From assembly GCA_963668355.1 (NCBI GenBank), contig OY764265.1:1056001-1120000 (forward strand): 64,000 bases of DNA. The letters are read 5' to 3'. The stretch comes from Bdellovibrionota bacterium. GTDB taxonomy: Bacteria > Bdellovibrionota_G > JALEGL01 > DATDPG01. The position numbers and the translations under genes are program-made. Every line of letters starts with the position of its first letter. Positions within the stretch are counted from its first letter, which is position 1. Of this stretch, positions 39,206 to 50,852 are shown one piece after another. The notes under the pieces were generated by a model, which saw nothing but the letters and a program-made list of their open reading frames with translations, did no database searches and was not told the DNA's origin.

Positions 39206-40360
39206 ATGAATCCGTTCTCAAAAAAAGATGTATACTGGATGAGACGCGCGCTCGTTCACGCCCGCAAGGCGCTCGGACACACGCAACCCAACCCCATGGT
39301 TGGAGCCATTGTTTTGGATGCCCAGGGCCACTTCGTTTCGAGCGGATATCACGCGAAAGCCGGAAGCAGTCACGCCGAGGCCCTCGCTCTTCAAAAGGCC
39401 GGACAAAAAGCCAAGGGAGGAACCCTTTATGTCACGCTTGAGCCGTGCACACATCAAGGCCGGACCCCTCCCTGCACCGACCAAATTCTAAAATCTGAGA
39501 TCAAACGGGTTGTGATGGCTTCCAACGACCCCAACCCTCACGTCCAGGGGGGAGGGGAGCAACTCTTAAAGTGCGATGGCGTCGAGGTTGTCTCCGGTTG
39601 TTTGAACGAACACGCATTGGCCTTGAATGAGCCCTATTTCCACTTCGTAAAAACGAATCGTCCCTTGGTAACGGCGAAAATTGCGCTTTCCAAAGATGGT
39701 CGGATGGGGGCAAAAGGAACCCGGATCCCGCTATCCGGCCCCTCATGCCTAGAAAGGACCATGAGACTTCGCGCAGAGGCCGGAGCCCTATTGGTGGGCG
39801 TCAATACCGTCTTAAGCGATGACCCTTTGCTCACGACGCGCGCAAACCGCTACAACCACCAACCCCTTCGGGGGGTCATTGATCCCGATCTCAAGACCCC
39901 TTCCACGGCCCGAATGTTTCAACGGGGAGGCAGCCCCGTTACCTTATTTTGCCGGAAAACGTCTATGTCCCTGGATAAGGCCAAGGAACTCGAACGTGCC
40001 GGCGCCCAACTTTCTTTTCTTCCAGAAACCCCAGACCGAGGGCTGGATCTTCAAAGACTTTTCAATGATTTCGGACAGATAGGGGTTTCTTCGGTCTTGG
40101 TTGAGGGGGGGCCCTCCCTCATCACCCGCCTCGCAAACGATCAGCTCATTGATCGGTGGGTGATGTATCTCACGCCTAAAACGCTTGGCCCCACTATCCA
40201 AGGCCTCTCAACACTGCCCAACCCTCCTTGGCTCTTTGATCCTCCGAAAAATGTGGGTGAATTCAAAGCCGGAGCCAAAGTAGCGTTTGGACACTTTCGC
40301 CTTCATATCCGTTCTGTTATAAGGCGTGGCGACGATTGGCAGGTCATGGCAACGCCTTAA
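39206..40360 (+). CDS. ribD: Bifunctional riboflavin deaminase/reductase
   Basis: PNPMVG, HAE, LEPC..GRTPPC and VEGG. Confidence 0.94.
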   Translation: MNPFSKKDVYWMRRALVHARKALGHTQPNPMVGAIVLDAQGHFVSSGYHAKAGSSHAEALALQKAGQKAKGGTLYVTLEPCTHQGRTPPCTDQILKSEIKRVVMASNDPNPHVQGGGEQLLKCDGVEVVSGCLNEHALALNEPYFHFVKTNRPLVTAKIALSKDGRMGAKGTRIPLSGPSCLERTMRLRAEAGALLVGVNTVLSDDPLLTTRANRYNHQPLRGVIDPDLKTPSTARMFQRGGSPVTLFCRKTSMSLDKAKELERAGAQLSFLPETPDRGLDLQRLFNDFGQIGVSSVLVEGGPSLITRLANDQLIDRWVMYLTPKTLGPTIQGLSTLPNPPWLFDPPKNVGEFKAGAKVAFGHFRLHIRSVIRRGDDWQVMATP

Positions 40361-40389
40361 ATTTTAACAAAATCAAACTGGGTGCATGC

Positions 40390-40983
40390 ATGTTTACGGG
40401 AATCATTGAAGGAATGGGAACCATCGAATCCATCGAGGGTGGGGTTATGGAGATTTCACCTCCTTGGCCGGTATCGGAGTTCCGCATCGGTCAAAGTCTG
40501 GCCGTGGATGGATGCTGCCTCACCGTTGTGAAGGCTCAGGACCATCGTCTTGCTTTTGACCTTTCCCCTGAGACCTTTGATCGAACGACGTTCGGGGATC
40601 GAGCCGTCGGAGATGCCGTCAACCTGGAAAGAGGTCTCAAGTTTGGAGATGCTTTGGACGGACATTTGGTATCCGGGCATATTGATACCAAAGGTTCCAT
40701 CCGTTCGATTACGGATTTGCCGGAGGGGAATCGCGAGTATTGGATCAACGTTCCCCAAGATCGGATGCACTGGCTCGCGGAAAAGGGCTCCGTCTCCATC
40801 AACGGAATTAGTCTCACCGTATGTGATATGGACGATCAGGGTTTTTCCTTGTTCATCATTCCCCATACGCTCAAGGTCACAACCCTTGGAGGCCAAAAGG
40901 TTGGCGACTCCGTAAACGTCGAGTTCGATCTCATGGCAAAATACATTGAACGCTTTTTGGAAAAGCATCCAAAATTCAATTGA
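40390..40983 (+). CDS. ribE: Riboflavin synthase (alpha chain)
   Basis: [23 protein letters not shown] and NGISLTV. Confidence 0.95.
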   Translation: MFTGIIEGMGTIESIEGGVMEISPPWPVSEFRIGQSLAVDGCCLTVVKAQDHRLAFDLSPETFDRTTFGDRAVGDAVNLERGLKFGDALDGHLVSGHIDTKGSIRSITDLPEGNREYWINVPQDRMHWLAEKGSVSINGISLTVCDMDDQGFSLFIIPHTLKVTTLGGQKVGDSVNVEFDLMAKYIERFLEKHPKFN

Positions 40984-40996
40984 TCGGAGAGTACAC

Positions 40997-42211
40997 ATGA
41001 ATCCGGTTTTTAAACGTGTAGAAGAAGCGCTCTCGCGAATGCGAGAAGGAAAAATGGTCATTCTGGTCGATGATGAAGACCGAGAAAACGAGGGAGACTT
41101 GGCCATGGCGGCCGAAATGGTTTCTCCAGAAGCCATCAATTTCATGACCAAATATGGACGTGGGTTGGTCTGTTTGAGTTTGACTGAAGATCGCTGTCAC
41201 CAATTGGGTCTGGATCAAATGGTTTCAGAGAACACCTCTCGATTTTCGACGGCTTTTACGGTTTCGATCGAAGCGCGCAAAGGTGTCACCACGGGCATTT
41301 CTGCGTATGACCGATCCGAAACCATTCGCACCGCCATCGCTGAAAACGCTCACGCAGATGACCTCGTAAGACCAGGTCATGTTTTTCCCATTCAGGCCAA
41401 GTCCGGAGGGGTACTTACTCGAACGGGGCAAACCGAAGGTTCGGTTGACTTGGCTCGTCTGGCGGGTTTAAAGCCCGCAGGAATCATCTGTGAAATCATG
41501 AAAGACGATGGAAGCATGGCCCGAATGCCGGACCTCAAAACGTTTTCAAAAAAACATGATATTCCGATTGTTCAAATTGCTGACATCATTGCCTACCGAC
41601 TCGAGAAAGAGATGTTGGTGGAGCATCGGGCCACGAGCGCTCTACCCAATATCTTCGGCAAAGACTTTCAAGTTCATGTCTTTGAAAGCAAAACGGACAA
41701 ATTTCTTCATGTAGCGTTGCAATGTGGAAAAATCGATCCGGACACGCCGACCTTGGTTCGCGTTCACTCCGAATGCTTTACGGGAGATGTTCTGGGATCT
41801 TTACGCTGTGATTGTCGTGATCAACTTCATCAAGCTTTGCACCAAATTGCCGAAGCGGGAACGGGCGTCTTGCTTTATCTGCGCCAAGAAGGTCGCGGCA
41901 TTGGTTTGATCAACAAGGTTCGCGCGTATGACCTCCAAGACCATGGGGAAGATACCGTAACCGCCAATGAAAAATTGGGTTTTAAGGATGACCTTCGGGA
42001 ATACGGCGTCGGAGCTCAGATACTCAAAGCTTTGGGCGTGAGAAAAATGTCTTTGCTCACAAACAACCCCCGAAAGATTGTTGGACTCGACGGATATGGC
42101 CTGGAAATGCACGAACGTGTTCCCATTGAAATCAAACCGAATTCCCAAAATTTGCGCTACTTGAAAACGAAGAAAGATCGCATGGGTCACATTTTAAAAC
42201 TTGCGGAATAA
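40997..42211 (+). CDS. ribBA: DHBP synthase / GTP cyclohydrolase II
   Basis: [23 protein letters not shown] and QEGRGIG. Confidence 0.96.
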   Translation: MNPVFKRVEEALSRMREGKMVILVDDEDRENEGDLAMAAEMVSPEAINFMTKYGRGLVCLSLTEDRCHQLGLDQMVSENTSRFSTAFTVSIEARKGVTTGISAYDRSETIRTAIAENAHADDLVRPGHVFPIQAKSGGVLTRTGQTEGSVDLARLAGLKPAGIICEIMKDDGSMARMPDLKTFSKKHDIPIVQIADIIAYRLEKEMLVEHRATSALPNIFGKDFQVHVFESKTDKFLHVALQCGKIDPDTPTLVRVHSECFTGDVLGSLRCDCRDQLHQALHQIAEAGTGVLLYLRQEGRGIGLINKVRAYDLQDHGEDTVTANEKLGFKDDLREYGVGAQILKALGVRKMSLLTNNPRKIVGLDGYGLEMHERVPIEIKPNSQNLRYLKTKKDRMGHILKLAE

Positions 42212-42213
42212 CC

Positions 42214-42702
42214 ATGAAGCGAACCGATCCCTCAGAGACCATTCATCATCAACTCCGACGCGTTGCGATCATTCAAAGTCGCTGGTATCCGGAAGTCACC
42301 AACTCATTGGCGGCAGGGGCTCGGTCGGCCCTCGAAAAAACCGGCACACCTGCTTCCAATATTGATTTATTCCCCGTAGGCGGCTCTTTTGAGCTTTCCC
42401 AAGCAGCTCAGGCCCTTGCGTTAACGGGTCGTTTCGAAGCCATTGTGGCGGTCGGGTGCCTGATTCGAGGTGAGACCCCTCACTTTGATTATATTGCGAA
42501 ATCGGTGGTTTCAGGTTTGGACGAAGTGGGACGTTCCACAGGAGTTCCTGTGACGCTGGGGGTGTTAACCACCGAATCCCTCGAACAGGCCAAAGCCCGA
42601 TCGGGAGGTTCACACGGAAATAAGGGAGAGGATGCCGCTTTAGCCGCGGTGGAATTGGCGGTTCTCATTCAGGAAACGGCCAGCCCAGAACACCATGCCT
42701 AG
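42214..42702 (+). CDS. ribH: Lumazine synthase
   Basis: GSFEL, IRGETPHFDYI and GNKG. Confidence 0.94.
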   Translation: MKRTDPSETIHHQLRRVAIIQSRWYPEVTNSLAAGARSALEKTGTPASNIDLFPVGGSFELSQAAQALALTGRFEAIVAVGCLIRGETPHFDYIAKSVVSGLDEVGRSTGVPVTLGVLTTESLEQAKARSGGSHGNKGEDAALAAVELAVLIQETASPEHHA

Positions 42703-43114
42703 TCGACGAAAAGCTAGAGAACAAGCTCTCCAAATTCTTTTTCTCATTGATTTGGCCAATACGCCCGTTTCGGAAGCGATTGAGTTGTTTCGTGCAAATT
42801 TCGAACATCAGGAGGCGGCGCTGCCGTTTGCCCAGGAGCTGGTAGAGGGAACACGATCCCGCCTCGCGGATCTCGATGCCACGTTGGAAAAAAATTCTGA
42901 AAATTGGAAAATTTCTCGCATGCCTCGGATTGACCGCAATATTCTTCGCCTGGGCGTGTATGAAATCATGTTTTGCAAAGAAACGCCCGGACCGGTCATC
43001 GTGGATGAAGCCGTAGAACTGGCCAAGCGTTTTGGTGAAAAAAAATCTGGCGCTTTCGTCAATGGCATTTTAGATCGAGTTTTGCGAGACTATCGAGGCA
43101 AAGATGAGGGTTGA
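42695..43114 (+). CDS. nusB: Transcription antitermination factor NusB
   Basis: RRKARE.ALQ, EAVELAK and FVNGILD. Confidence 0.95.
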   Translation: MPSRRKAREQALQILFLIDLANTPVSEAIELFRANFEHQEAALPFAQELVEGTRSRLADLDATLEKNSENWKISRMPRIDRNILRLGVYEIMFCKETPGPVIVDEAVELAKRFGEKKSGAFVNGILDRVLRDYRGKDEG

Positions 43115-43583
43115 ACGATACACAAAATCTCTCGATGAATTGGAAACGGATCTTTTGGTCACAACGCTATCCTCAACGGATCGTCCGCCCAAAGGCTTTG
43201 GAGGGCTGGTTGACTGGCGACTGAATGGCTTTGTTTCCAGGCGGATCTTGGACGGTACCGTATCCGGCCGAGCCCAGGAATCTGTATTGATTCCCCTTCA
43301 TCGACGATTACCTGCCCGAAGGCTATTAATATTGGGAACCGGCGAACCCCAACAGTTTAAACTGTCGGATGCCAGACATCTTTCTTATCAGCTGGGGAAA
43401 GCCCTAACCCGCTTGAAGGTAACCGATGTAGCCATTTCTTTTTTGCCCGCCAGCGATGAAAAACTTCCGGGAGAAACCGAACATGCTGTGCTGGACGCAT
43501 TGGAACAAAGTTCTCTGGCCCGTGAAACCATGATTCGTTGGCTAGTTTCGGATTCTTCCCCAGACACGAAAGAAAACGCATGA
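43104..43583 (+). CDS. Stand-alone leucyl aminopeptidase N-terminal-like domain protein
   Basis: DRPPKG..GLVDWRLNG and RLLILGTG. Confidence 0.7.
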   Translation: MRVERYTKSLDELETDLLVTTLSSTDRPPKGFGGLVDWRLNGFVSRRILDGTVSGRAQESVLIPLHRRLPARRLLILGTGEPQQFKLSDARHLSYQLGKALTRLKVTDVAISFLPASDEKLPGETEHAVLDALEQSSLARETMIRWLVSDSSPDTKENA

Positions 43584-44743
43584 GTCTGGTTGGGAATCTT
43601 CAAGACCTGGCTCTCACAGATATTTTTCAGATCGTAGGGTTGAGTGGAAAATCTGGCATCTTGCGCTTGGAACATACCCATCAGGGAAAAGCTCGCGTCG
43701 TGTTCATGGAAGGAAAAATTTGTGCCGCTTGGGGTCCTTCCGGTTTGCAAGCTCTTGAAAAACTTCTAGATGAGGAGAGTCTGGTGGTTCCCCATGCGCT
43801 TTCCAGATTGCAGAAAGACCGCGTGGATCCTCTGATGGAACTCCCCCAACTCTTTGCCCCTCCGGCCATCAGCCCAGATCGACGAACGGAATTCTTTTCC
43901 CATTTGGTGAAACAGATTCTATTTGATCTGCTCCAGTGGAACTCCGGCTCGTTTCAATTTGAGCTCCGAGGCGAGAAAGACGGGGATTCCACGGTTCCGA
44001 AAGAGTGGATTTTGGTGACCGATGGAATTTCGCCCAGCCAGATTGGATTGGAAGGCGCTAAAATTGTCGATGAAGAGTGCAGAGACATCGACATTCCCGC
44101 CGAGCCTGACCTGGAGAACTCTTTTTCCGAGCCCTCTGCCCCCAACCCGATAGAAGAACCCCTGTTCGATTTGGCGGAAGAACTGCGCGATCAATTTGAA
44201 GGAACCCGAAACCACGCTGCCAGTTCTCTTTCCCCGGGCCTAAGCTTGCTCAAATCCATGCTTTTGGAGCTCCATGTTCCCAATGTTCATACCTACATCA
44301 CGCTCTTGGTCTTGAGATACGCTGCCGCCCTTATGAATCGCGCGATCTTGTTTCAGGTTACCGAAGATGAATACAAAGCCATCGGAGAATTCGGTCTGGC
44401 AAAGAACAAAGAGGTCTCCGCACAACTTGTACGAAAAATCCACATTCCCAGAAACGAGGACAGCGTTCTGAGCATCGTGGAGGACTCGAAAATGTCGGTC
44501 AAAACCAAGCTCAACATGAAAAACACATGGGATCAGTATCTTTCCGAACAATTGGGGGGACACCCTCCGGCCGAAGCATTTGTAGGGCCTATCCTGTGCG
44601 AACAAAAGTTGGTTGCCGTCCTCTACGGGGACAATATTCCTGAGATGGATGCCATTGGGTCAACAGATGCGCTTGAAATCTTTCTGTCGCAAGCCGGTTT
44701 GGCCATGGAACAAAAACTTACGACCAACCTGGAAAATGCATAA
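43580..44743 (+). CDS. DUF4388 (PATAN-like) domain protein with GAF-like C-terminus
   Basis: MSLVGNLQDLALTDIFQIV..KSGIL, WNSGSFQF and AVLYGDN. Confidence 0.8.
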   Translation: MSLVGNLQDLALTDIFQIVGLSGKSGILRLEHTHQGKARVVFMEGKICAAWGPSGLQALEKLLDEESLVVPHALSRLQKDRVDPLMELPQLFAPPAISPDRRTEFFSHLVKQILFDLLQWNSGSFQFELRGEKDGDSTVPKEWILVTDGISPSQIGLEGAKIVDEECRDIDIPAEPDLENSFSEPSAPNPIEEPLFDLAEELRDQFEGTRNHAASSLSPGLSLLKSMLLELHVPNVHTYITLLVLRYAAALMNRAILFQVTEDEYKAIGEFGLAKNKEVSAQLVRKIHIPRNEDSVLSIVEDSKMSVKTKLNMKNTWDQYLSEQLGGHPPAEAFVGPILCEQKLVAVLYGDNIPEMDAIGSTDALEIFLSQAGLAMEQKLTTNLENA

Positions 44744-44991
44744 CTCTTTGAAAACTCCTTAAAACCATGTTTTGCACAGGGTTTCTCAGGAAGTCTGCCT
44801 TTATTGCCACAGTGCAGCTCAACCCTCTCGGATTCTCCCTTTTCAAGCGGATAAAGCTTGGGATAATATTCGACCCTGGTAACCTTAAGGGAAGGCTTTG
44901 AAAAAAGCCTAACTGCTTAAAAATTTTATTTTTTTAACATGTGCCACGGGTTCTCAACTAAGAAATGAGAAGCTCGTTAAGGGAGGGCATC

Positions 44992-47067
44992 TTGGCCGCA
45001 ACAGACTCTTCACAAATTATTTCCCTGATCAAAGGCAAACAGGATCTGGACAAGTTTCGAGAACTTCACTGGGAGGGTTCCTTCGAAGATTACCTCAAAA
45101 TCGTCGAAGCCGACCCCAGCGTCTGTCGCACTGCATTTCAACGCATTTACGACATGATCCTTTCGTATGGCACAGAAACCTATGTAGATGGAAAGAAGAA
45201 AGTCACGCGTTATCACTTCTTCGATGACCCCCTAGAAGATGGAAAAGATGCCGTTTTCGGTTTGGACATTCCGCTCATGAAAATGGTCAACATCTTTAAA
45301 AGTGCGGCCAAAAACTTTGGCACGGAACGACGGGTTCTCTTACTCCACGGCCCCGTTGGGTCTGCAAAATCGACCATCGTCCGAATGCTAAAAAAGGGCC
45401 TGGAGCAATATTCCCAATCTCCCCAAGGAGCCATTTACACCTATTCATGGAAACTCAATCCAGATGACTTTCCTTTTCACATTATTGACGGAGATGAAAT
45501 GGCTTGTCCGATGCACGAAGAGCCCTTGCATCTCATCCCCAAAGAGTTTCGCCCAGAAGTCTTGGGCCATCTCAACAAAAAAAATCAAGGAGGGTTCAAA
45601 GTTGAAATCGAGGGAGAACTCTGCCCCGCTTGCCGACAAATCTACAAGGACTTAATCAATCACTACGAAGGGGATTGGACCAAAGTCATTCAACATATCG
45701 TCGTCAAACGTTTTCTTCTTTCAGAAAAAGATCGTGTGGGAATTGGAACCTTCCAACCAAAGGACGAAAAAAACCAGGACTCAACCGAGCTCACCGGTGA
45801 CATCAATTATCGCCGAATCGCACACTATGGCTCTGACTCGGATCCAAGGGCTTTCAATTTCGATGGGGAGTTCAACATTGCCAATCGCGGCCTGGTAGAG
45901 TTCGTTGAAGTCTTAAAATTGGACGTAGCCTTCTTGTATGATCTTTTAGGAGCATCCCAAGAACATAAAGTGAAACCCAAAAAGTTTCCTCAAACCGATA
46001 TTGACGAAGTCATCATCGGTCACACAAACGAACCGGAGTACAAGAAACTTCAAAACAATGAGTTCATGGAAGCTTTGCGAGACCGAACGGTGAAGATTGA
46101 TATTCCGTACATCACGAAACTCGCTCAAGAAATTAAAATCTATGAAAAAGACTACAATGAAAAACGAGTGCCCTCGAAACACGTGGCTCCTCATTCATTG
46201 GAAATTGCGGCCATGTGGGCCGTGCTCACTCGCTTGGAAGAACCAAAGAAGGCCAATTTAACGTTATTGCAAAAACTGAAGTTGTATGACGGAAAATCTT
46301 TGGCTGGGTTCACCGAGGAGAACATCCGAGAACTTCGCAAAGAAACCCAACGCGAAGGCTTGGAAGGAATTTCTCCTCGTTATATCCAAGATAAAATTTC
46401 CAACTCTTTGGTGGATGAAAAAACCGAAGGCTGCGTGAATCCCTTCATGCTCTTAAATGAAATTGAAGCCGGGCTCCGACACCATTCTCTGATCGCCTCG
46501 GAAGACATGCGAAAAAAATATCGCGAGCTCATTACCTTGGTGAAACAAGAGTATGAAGACATCGTCAAAAACGAAGTTCAACGAGCCATTTGCGCGGACG
46601 AGGACTCCATTGCAAAACTGTGCGGTAACTACATCGACAATGTCAAAGCGTACACACAGAAGGAAAAGGTACGGAACAAATACACTGGAAACACGGAAGA
46701 GCCGGATGAGCGACTTATGCGTTCGATCGAAGAGAAAATCGATATTCCAGAGTCCAGGAAGGATGATTTCCGCCGTGAAATCATGAATTACATTGGTGCT
46801 TTGGCAATCGACGGAAAACAGTTCAATTACAAAACCAATGAACGCCTACATAAAGCTCTTGAACTAAAGTTGTTTGAAGATCAAAAAGACTCCATCAAAC
46901 TGACCAGTTTGGTTTCTTCGGTTGTGGACAAAGACACGCAAGAAAAGATCGATGTCGTGAAAAAGCGGATGATCAACAATTATCACTACTGTGATATTTG
47001 TGCGACGGACGTTCTAAATTTCGTGGCATCCATTTTTGCGCGAGGGGATATTAAGTCCGAACAATAA
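44992..47067 (+). CDS. prkA: PrkA/YeaG-family serine protein kinase (AAA+)
   Basis: [25 protein letters not shown] and EALRDRT; start may be 44965 or TTG 44992. Confidence 0.92.
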   Translation: MAATDSSQIISLIKGKQDLDKFRELHWEGSFEDYLKIVEADPSVCRTAFQRIYDMILSYGTETYVDGKKKVTRYHFFDDPLEDGKDAVFGLDIPLMKMVNIFKSAAKNFGTERRVLLLHGPVGSAKSTIVRMLKKGLEQYSQSPQGAIYTYSWKLNPDDFPFHIIDGDEMACPMHEEPLHLIPKEFRPEVLGHLNKKNQGGFKVEIEGELCPACRQIYKDLINHYEGDWTKVIQHIVVKRFLLSEKDRVGIGTFQPKDEKNQDSTELTGDINYRRIAHYGSDSDPRAFNFDGEFNIANRGLVEFVEVLKLDVAFLYDLLGASQEHKVKPKKFPQTDIDEVIIGHTNEPEYKKLQNNEFMEALRDRTVKIDIPYITKLAQEIKIYEKDYNEKRVPSKHVAPHSLEIAAMWAVLTRLEEPKKANLTLLQKLKLYDGKSLAGFTEENIRELRKETQREGLEGISPRYIQDKISNSLVDEKTEGCVNPFMLLNEIEAGLRHHSLIASEDMRKKYRELITLVKQEYEDIVKNEVQRAICADEDSIAKLCGNYIDNVKAYTQKEKVRNKYTGNTEEPDERLMRSIEEKIDIPESRKDDFRREIMNYIGALAIDGKQFNYKTNERLHKALELKLFEDQKDSIKLTSLVSSVVDKDTQEKIDVVKKRMINNYHYCDICATDVLNFVASIFARGDIKSEQ

Positions 47068-47097
47068 TGTCTCACCACTTATGAGACACGGAGAAGC

Positions 47098-48207
47098 ATG
47101 GCGTTAAAGATTGATAATGATTATAACCGCTTCAAGCAAATCGTTCGGGGGCGTGTAAAGAAAGATCTTCGAAAGTATATGTCCTCGAGCGACATGCTTG
47201 GGAGAAAAGGGAAGAACATCGTATCGATCCCCATTCCTCGCATTGATCTACCCCACTTTACCCACAGCCCGCGCCAACGAGGCGGAACCGGGCAAGGTGA
47301 GGGCGAACCGGGAACGGTCTTGGGCCCTGGAGATCCGGAAGAAGGTCAGGGACAGGCGGGTTCTCTCCCAGGCCAACACGTTCTTGAGGTGGATATTACG
47401 CTCGAAGAGTTGGCCAAGATTCTGGCCGAAGAGCTCGAACTGCCTCGCATCGAACCCAAGGGTCAAAAAAAGAACATCACGAGCCTCAAAGAAAAATATA
47501 GTGGCATCCACCGTTCGGGACCCGAATCTCTACGTCACTTTAAGCGAACCTACCGGGAAGCTCTAAAAAGGCTGATCTGCACAGGCGCCTATGACCCAGA
47601 TAACCCCATCATTGTTCCCGTTCGGGAAGACAAGCGGTATCGATCTTGGAAGTTGGTTCCTCAACCCGCTGTCAATGCCTTGATCATATATATCATGGAC
47701 GTTTCCGGTTCCATGGGGACGGAGCAAAAGGAAATTGTTCGGACGGAGAGTTTTTGGATCGATACTTGGCTTAAGAGCCAATACAAAGGAATCGAATCAC
47801 GGTACATCATTCATGACGCTGCAGCTCGTGAGGTGGACAGCGAAACGTTCTACCACACGCGAGAGTCCGGCGGAACAATCATCTCTTCCGCCTATCGTCT
47901 CTGTTATAAAATGTTGGCTGAGGAGTATGACCCAAGTGAGTGGAACATTTATGTGTTTCATTTTTCCGATGGAGACAACTGGTCTGGAGAAGACACGGAA
48001 CTCTGTTTTAAAATTTTGAAAGAGGGGCTCTTGCCTCACTTAAATTTGTTTTGTTATGGCCAAGTCGAATCTCAATATGGCTCAGGTCAGTTTCTCAAGG
48101 ACCTGGAAGAGCATTTGCCAAATATTGAAAACTTGATCACTTCGAAAATTGACTCTCGAGAAGACATCTATGACTCCATCAAAACATTTTTAGGAAAGGG
48201 GAAATAA
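47098..48207 (+). CDS. yeaH: YeaH/YhbH (DUF444) vWA-like protein
   Basis: MDVSGSM, ESGGT and FSDGDNW. Confidence 0.9.
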   Translation: MALKIDNDYNRFKQIVRGRVKKDLRKYMSSSDMLGRKGKNIVSIPIPRIDLPHFTHSPRQRGGTGQGEGEPGTVLGPGDPEEGQGQAGSLPGQHVLEVDITLEELAKILAEELELPRIEPKGQKKNITSLKEKYSGIHRSGPESLRHFKRTYREALKRLICTGAYDPDNPIIVPVREDKRYRSWKLVPQPAVNALIIYIMDVSGSMGTEQKEIVRTESFWIDTWLKSQYKGIESRYIIHDAAAREVDSETFYHTRESGGTIISSAYRLCYKMLAEEYDPSEWNIYVFHFSDGDNWSGEDTELCFKILKEGLLPHLNLFCYGQVESQYGSGQFLKDLEEHLPNIENLITSKIDSREDIYDSIKTFLGKGK

Positions 48208-49751
48208 TGGCCGACCTCCCCATTGAACTAAAAAAGGCTCGCGAAGAAATTGAGCAATACGCTAAAAATTTTGGGCTGGATTTCTATCCGACCATTTTTG
48301 AAATGGTCGAATTCGATGAAATGAATCACATCGCGGCCTACGGTGGGTTTCCAACGCGTTATCCTCATTGGTCTTTTGGAATGGAATATGAACAGCTTTC
48401 CAAGGGTTACGAATACGGCCTTTCGAAAATTTATGAAATGGTGATCAACAACGATCCCTGTTACGCGTATTTGATGACTTCCAATCCGTTGGTGGATCAA
48501 AAGCTCGTCATGGCTCATGTGTATGCCCACTGTGACTTCTTTAAAAATAATTATTGGTTTTCCAAAACCAATCGACACATGATCGATGACATGGCGAATC
48601 ATTCGACGCGGATTCGTCGATACATCGACAAAGTAGGGTTTGAAGAAGTCGAAAACTTTTTGGACGCCTGCCTCACATTCAATAATCTGGTGGACGTTCA
48701 TTTGCCTTTTCAAACGCCTCCTTCCAAGCCTCAAAAGAAGGAGGAAGACGGGAACTCTCAAGATTCCGACAATGAACGAATCGATCGCTCAGAAGTACCG
48801 CGCTTAAAAAGCAAGGACTATATGGAGTCGTACATCAATCCCCCAGAATTCATTGAGTATCAGAAAGAAAAAATTCGAAATCGGAGAAAACAAAAAGCCA
48901 AGTTTCCCCATGAGCCTATCAAAGACATTATGGGTTTTCTCTTGAGCTTTGCCCCTCTTAAACCCTGGGAACAAGACATTCTTTCCATGCTCCGAGACGA
49001 AGCCTATTACTTTGCCCCTCAGGGCCAAACCAAAATCATGAATGAAGGCTGGGCAAGCTACTGGCACTCCACCATCATGACGCAAAAAGTTTTGAAAGAC
49101 TCTGAGGTCATTGACTACGCAGACCATCACTCAGGAACAGTGGCCCCACACCCGCATCGACTTAATCCCTATAAGCTCGGGATCGAATTATTTCGATACA
49201 TTGAAGATCGTTGGAACAAAGGAAAGTTTGGAAAAGAGTACGACGATTGTGACGATCTTGTTAAGAAAAAGAACTGGAATAAAGAACTTGGGCTTGGTCG
49301 GGAGAAAATTTTTGAAGTTCGAAAAATTTATAACGATCTGACTTTTTTGGATGAATTTTTAACCGCCGATTTTTGCATTGAGCAAAACATGTTTTCATTT
49401 GGTTACAATGCAAAATCTGGGAACTATGAGATTTTGTCTCGGGAGTTTGACAAGATCAAACAGTCGATTCTTTTTTCGCTGACCAACATGGGCCAGCCCA
49501 TCATGGTGGTTGAAAATGGAAATTTCGAGAACCGCGGAGAGCTTTTAATCGTCCATAGACATGAGGGCATTGATCTTCGCGTGGATTGGGCACAAGACGT
49601 CATGCGAAATGTACACAAGCTTTGGAAGCGCCCTGTCAATGTGTTGACCTTTTTGGAAGGAAAAAAGAAGATCTTAACATTCGACGGCACCGACCATAAA
49701 GAGCGAACGCTTGAGACCACAGGGCAACGTGCAGAAGACAAAAAGAAGTAA
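48207..49751 (+). CDS. spoVR: SpoVR-family protein
   Basis: GFPTRYPHWSFG, YEMVIN and TKIMNEGWASYWH. Confidence 0.93.
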   Translation: MADLPIELKKAREEIEQYAKNFGLDFYPTIFEMVEFDEMNHIAAYGGFPTRYPHWSFGMEYEQLSKGYEYGLSKIYEMVINNDPCYAYLMTSNPLVDQKLVMAHVYAHCDFFKNNYWFSKTNRHMIDDMANHSTRIRRYIDKVGFEEVENFLDACLTFNNLVDVHLPFQTPPSKPQKKEEDGNSQDSDNERIDRSEVPRLKSKDYMESYINPPEFIEYQKEKIRNRRKQKAKFPHEPIKDIMGFLLSFAPLKPWEQDILSMLRDEAYYFAPQGQTKIMNEGWASYWHSTIMTQKVLKDSEVIDYADHHSGTVAPHPHRLNPYKLGIELFRYIEDRWNKGKFGKEYDDCDDLVKKKNWNKELGLGREKIFEVRKIYNDLTFLDEFLTADFCIEQNMFSFGYNAKSGNYEILSREFDKIKQSILFSLTNMGQPIMVVENGNFENRGELLIVHRHEGIDLRVDWAQDVMRNVHKLWKRPVNVLTFLEGKKKILTFDGTDHKERTLETTGQRAEDKKK

Positions 49752-50412
49752 CACCATTCTCAAAATTTGGGGGGGGCTTGCGGTCATTTGGCTTTGCATG
49801 GTTTTTTCAGCTAAGGCTTACACCGACCAGGTTGTTGCCACCATTGGTCCCTCTGCGATCACCCTGAGAGATGTGCGACTTCATGCATTTCTCACCTCTC
49901 TTCTTCACAAGGAAAAGCCGAGCCCCAATCAGTTTTTTCTCCATACTCGAACCGCGATAAAGAAGTATCGAACATTTCTGGTTCAGCGGGCGGTTATTTT
50001 GAACTACCTTCAAGTGAGTGGTATTTCGCTTTCACCCAAGGAATCCCGCGTACAGGAAGTGAAAAAGCAGGTCACCGCACGCTTCGCGTCCGAAAAGGCC
50101 ATGAAAGGGTTTTTGAGCACACTGGGCGTGGATATCGAAGAGGTGAATCGCTGGATTCTCGAAAAGCTTCAAATGGAACAATTTGTCGACGAACAAATTG
50201 GCATGCGTGTTCAACTTTCCGAGTCGGAAGTTCGAAGCCACTATGATAAAAAAAGAGAGTCTCGATACCTGGGGGAATCTTGGGAGAAAGTAAGACCTGT
50301 GGTTCGTGCAGAACTTTTTCGAGATCGCTTGAAAACCGAGTTAAAAAAATGGTTGGACACAGAAATCACGAGAGTGGGCGTCGTTTTTCTACCCCTTCGC
50401 AATGGCGTTTAG
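49711..50412 (+). CDS. Exported protein, SurA N-terminal-like
   Basis: Hydrophobic leader, DQVVATIG..ITLRDV and SESEVRSHY; start uncertain. Confidence 0.55.
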   Translation: MRPQGNVQKTKRSNTILKIWGGLAVIWLCMVFSAKAYTDQVVATIGPSAITLRDVRLHAFLTSLLHKEKPSPNQFFLHTRTAIKKYRTFLVQRAVILNYLQVSGISLSPKESRVQEVKKQVTARFASEKAMKGFLSTLGVDIEEVNRWILEKLQMEQFVDEQIGMRVQLSESEVRSHYDKKRESRYLGESWEKVRPVVRAELFRDRLKTELKKWLDTEITRVGVVFLPLRNGV

Positions 50413-50852
50413 GACCGCTTACGCGTCAAGATTTAGAGCGCTTGCTTCGCATCGAACATCGCTGCTTTGAGCATCCTTGGTCCAGACAATCTTTCGATGC
50501 CATCATTACCGAAAAGACCTTTTTTTCCCTTGGTGCCTTTTCTCAAAAAACTTTGGCGGGGTACCTCATTTGGTCTGAAGCTGCGGATGAACTTCATATT
50601 TTGAACATTGCTGTGGACCCCTCTTTTCGGAATCAAGGTGTAGCTTCGCTTCTCCTTGAGGAAGTCCACCAAGGGGCATATAAAAATGGTCGGCGGTTTT
50701 CTTTTCTTGAGGTAAGAGAGTCAAACGAATCCGCTCAACGTGTATATGAACGCAAGGGCTACCGAAAAGTCACCAAACGATTGAACTATTATGAGGGGGA
50801 TCAAGAGGACGCCATTTTGATGATGGCCAAATTGAAAAAGTCGAAAAAATGA
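50349..50852 (+). CDS. rimI: Ribosomal protein S18 alanine N-acetyltransferase
   Basis: HILNIAV..RNQG, LEVRESN and NYY...EDAILM; start uncertain. Confidence 0.9.
   Translation: MVGHRNHESGRRFSTPSQWRLGPLTRQDLERLLRIEHRCFEHPWSRQSFDAIITEKTFFSLGAFSQKTLAGYLIWSEAADELHILNIAVDPSFRNQGVASLLLEEVHQGAYKNGRRFSFLEVRESNESAQRVYERKGYRKVTKRLNYYEGDQEDAILMMAKLKKSKK

Noticed and set aside
44992..49751. prkA-yeaH-spoVR as a sporulation or novel system
   Set aside because: Well-known, widespread operon also present in non-sporulating bacteria
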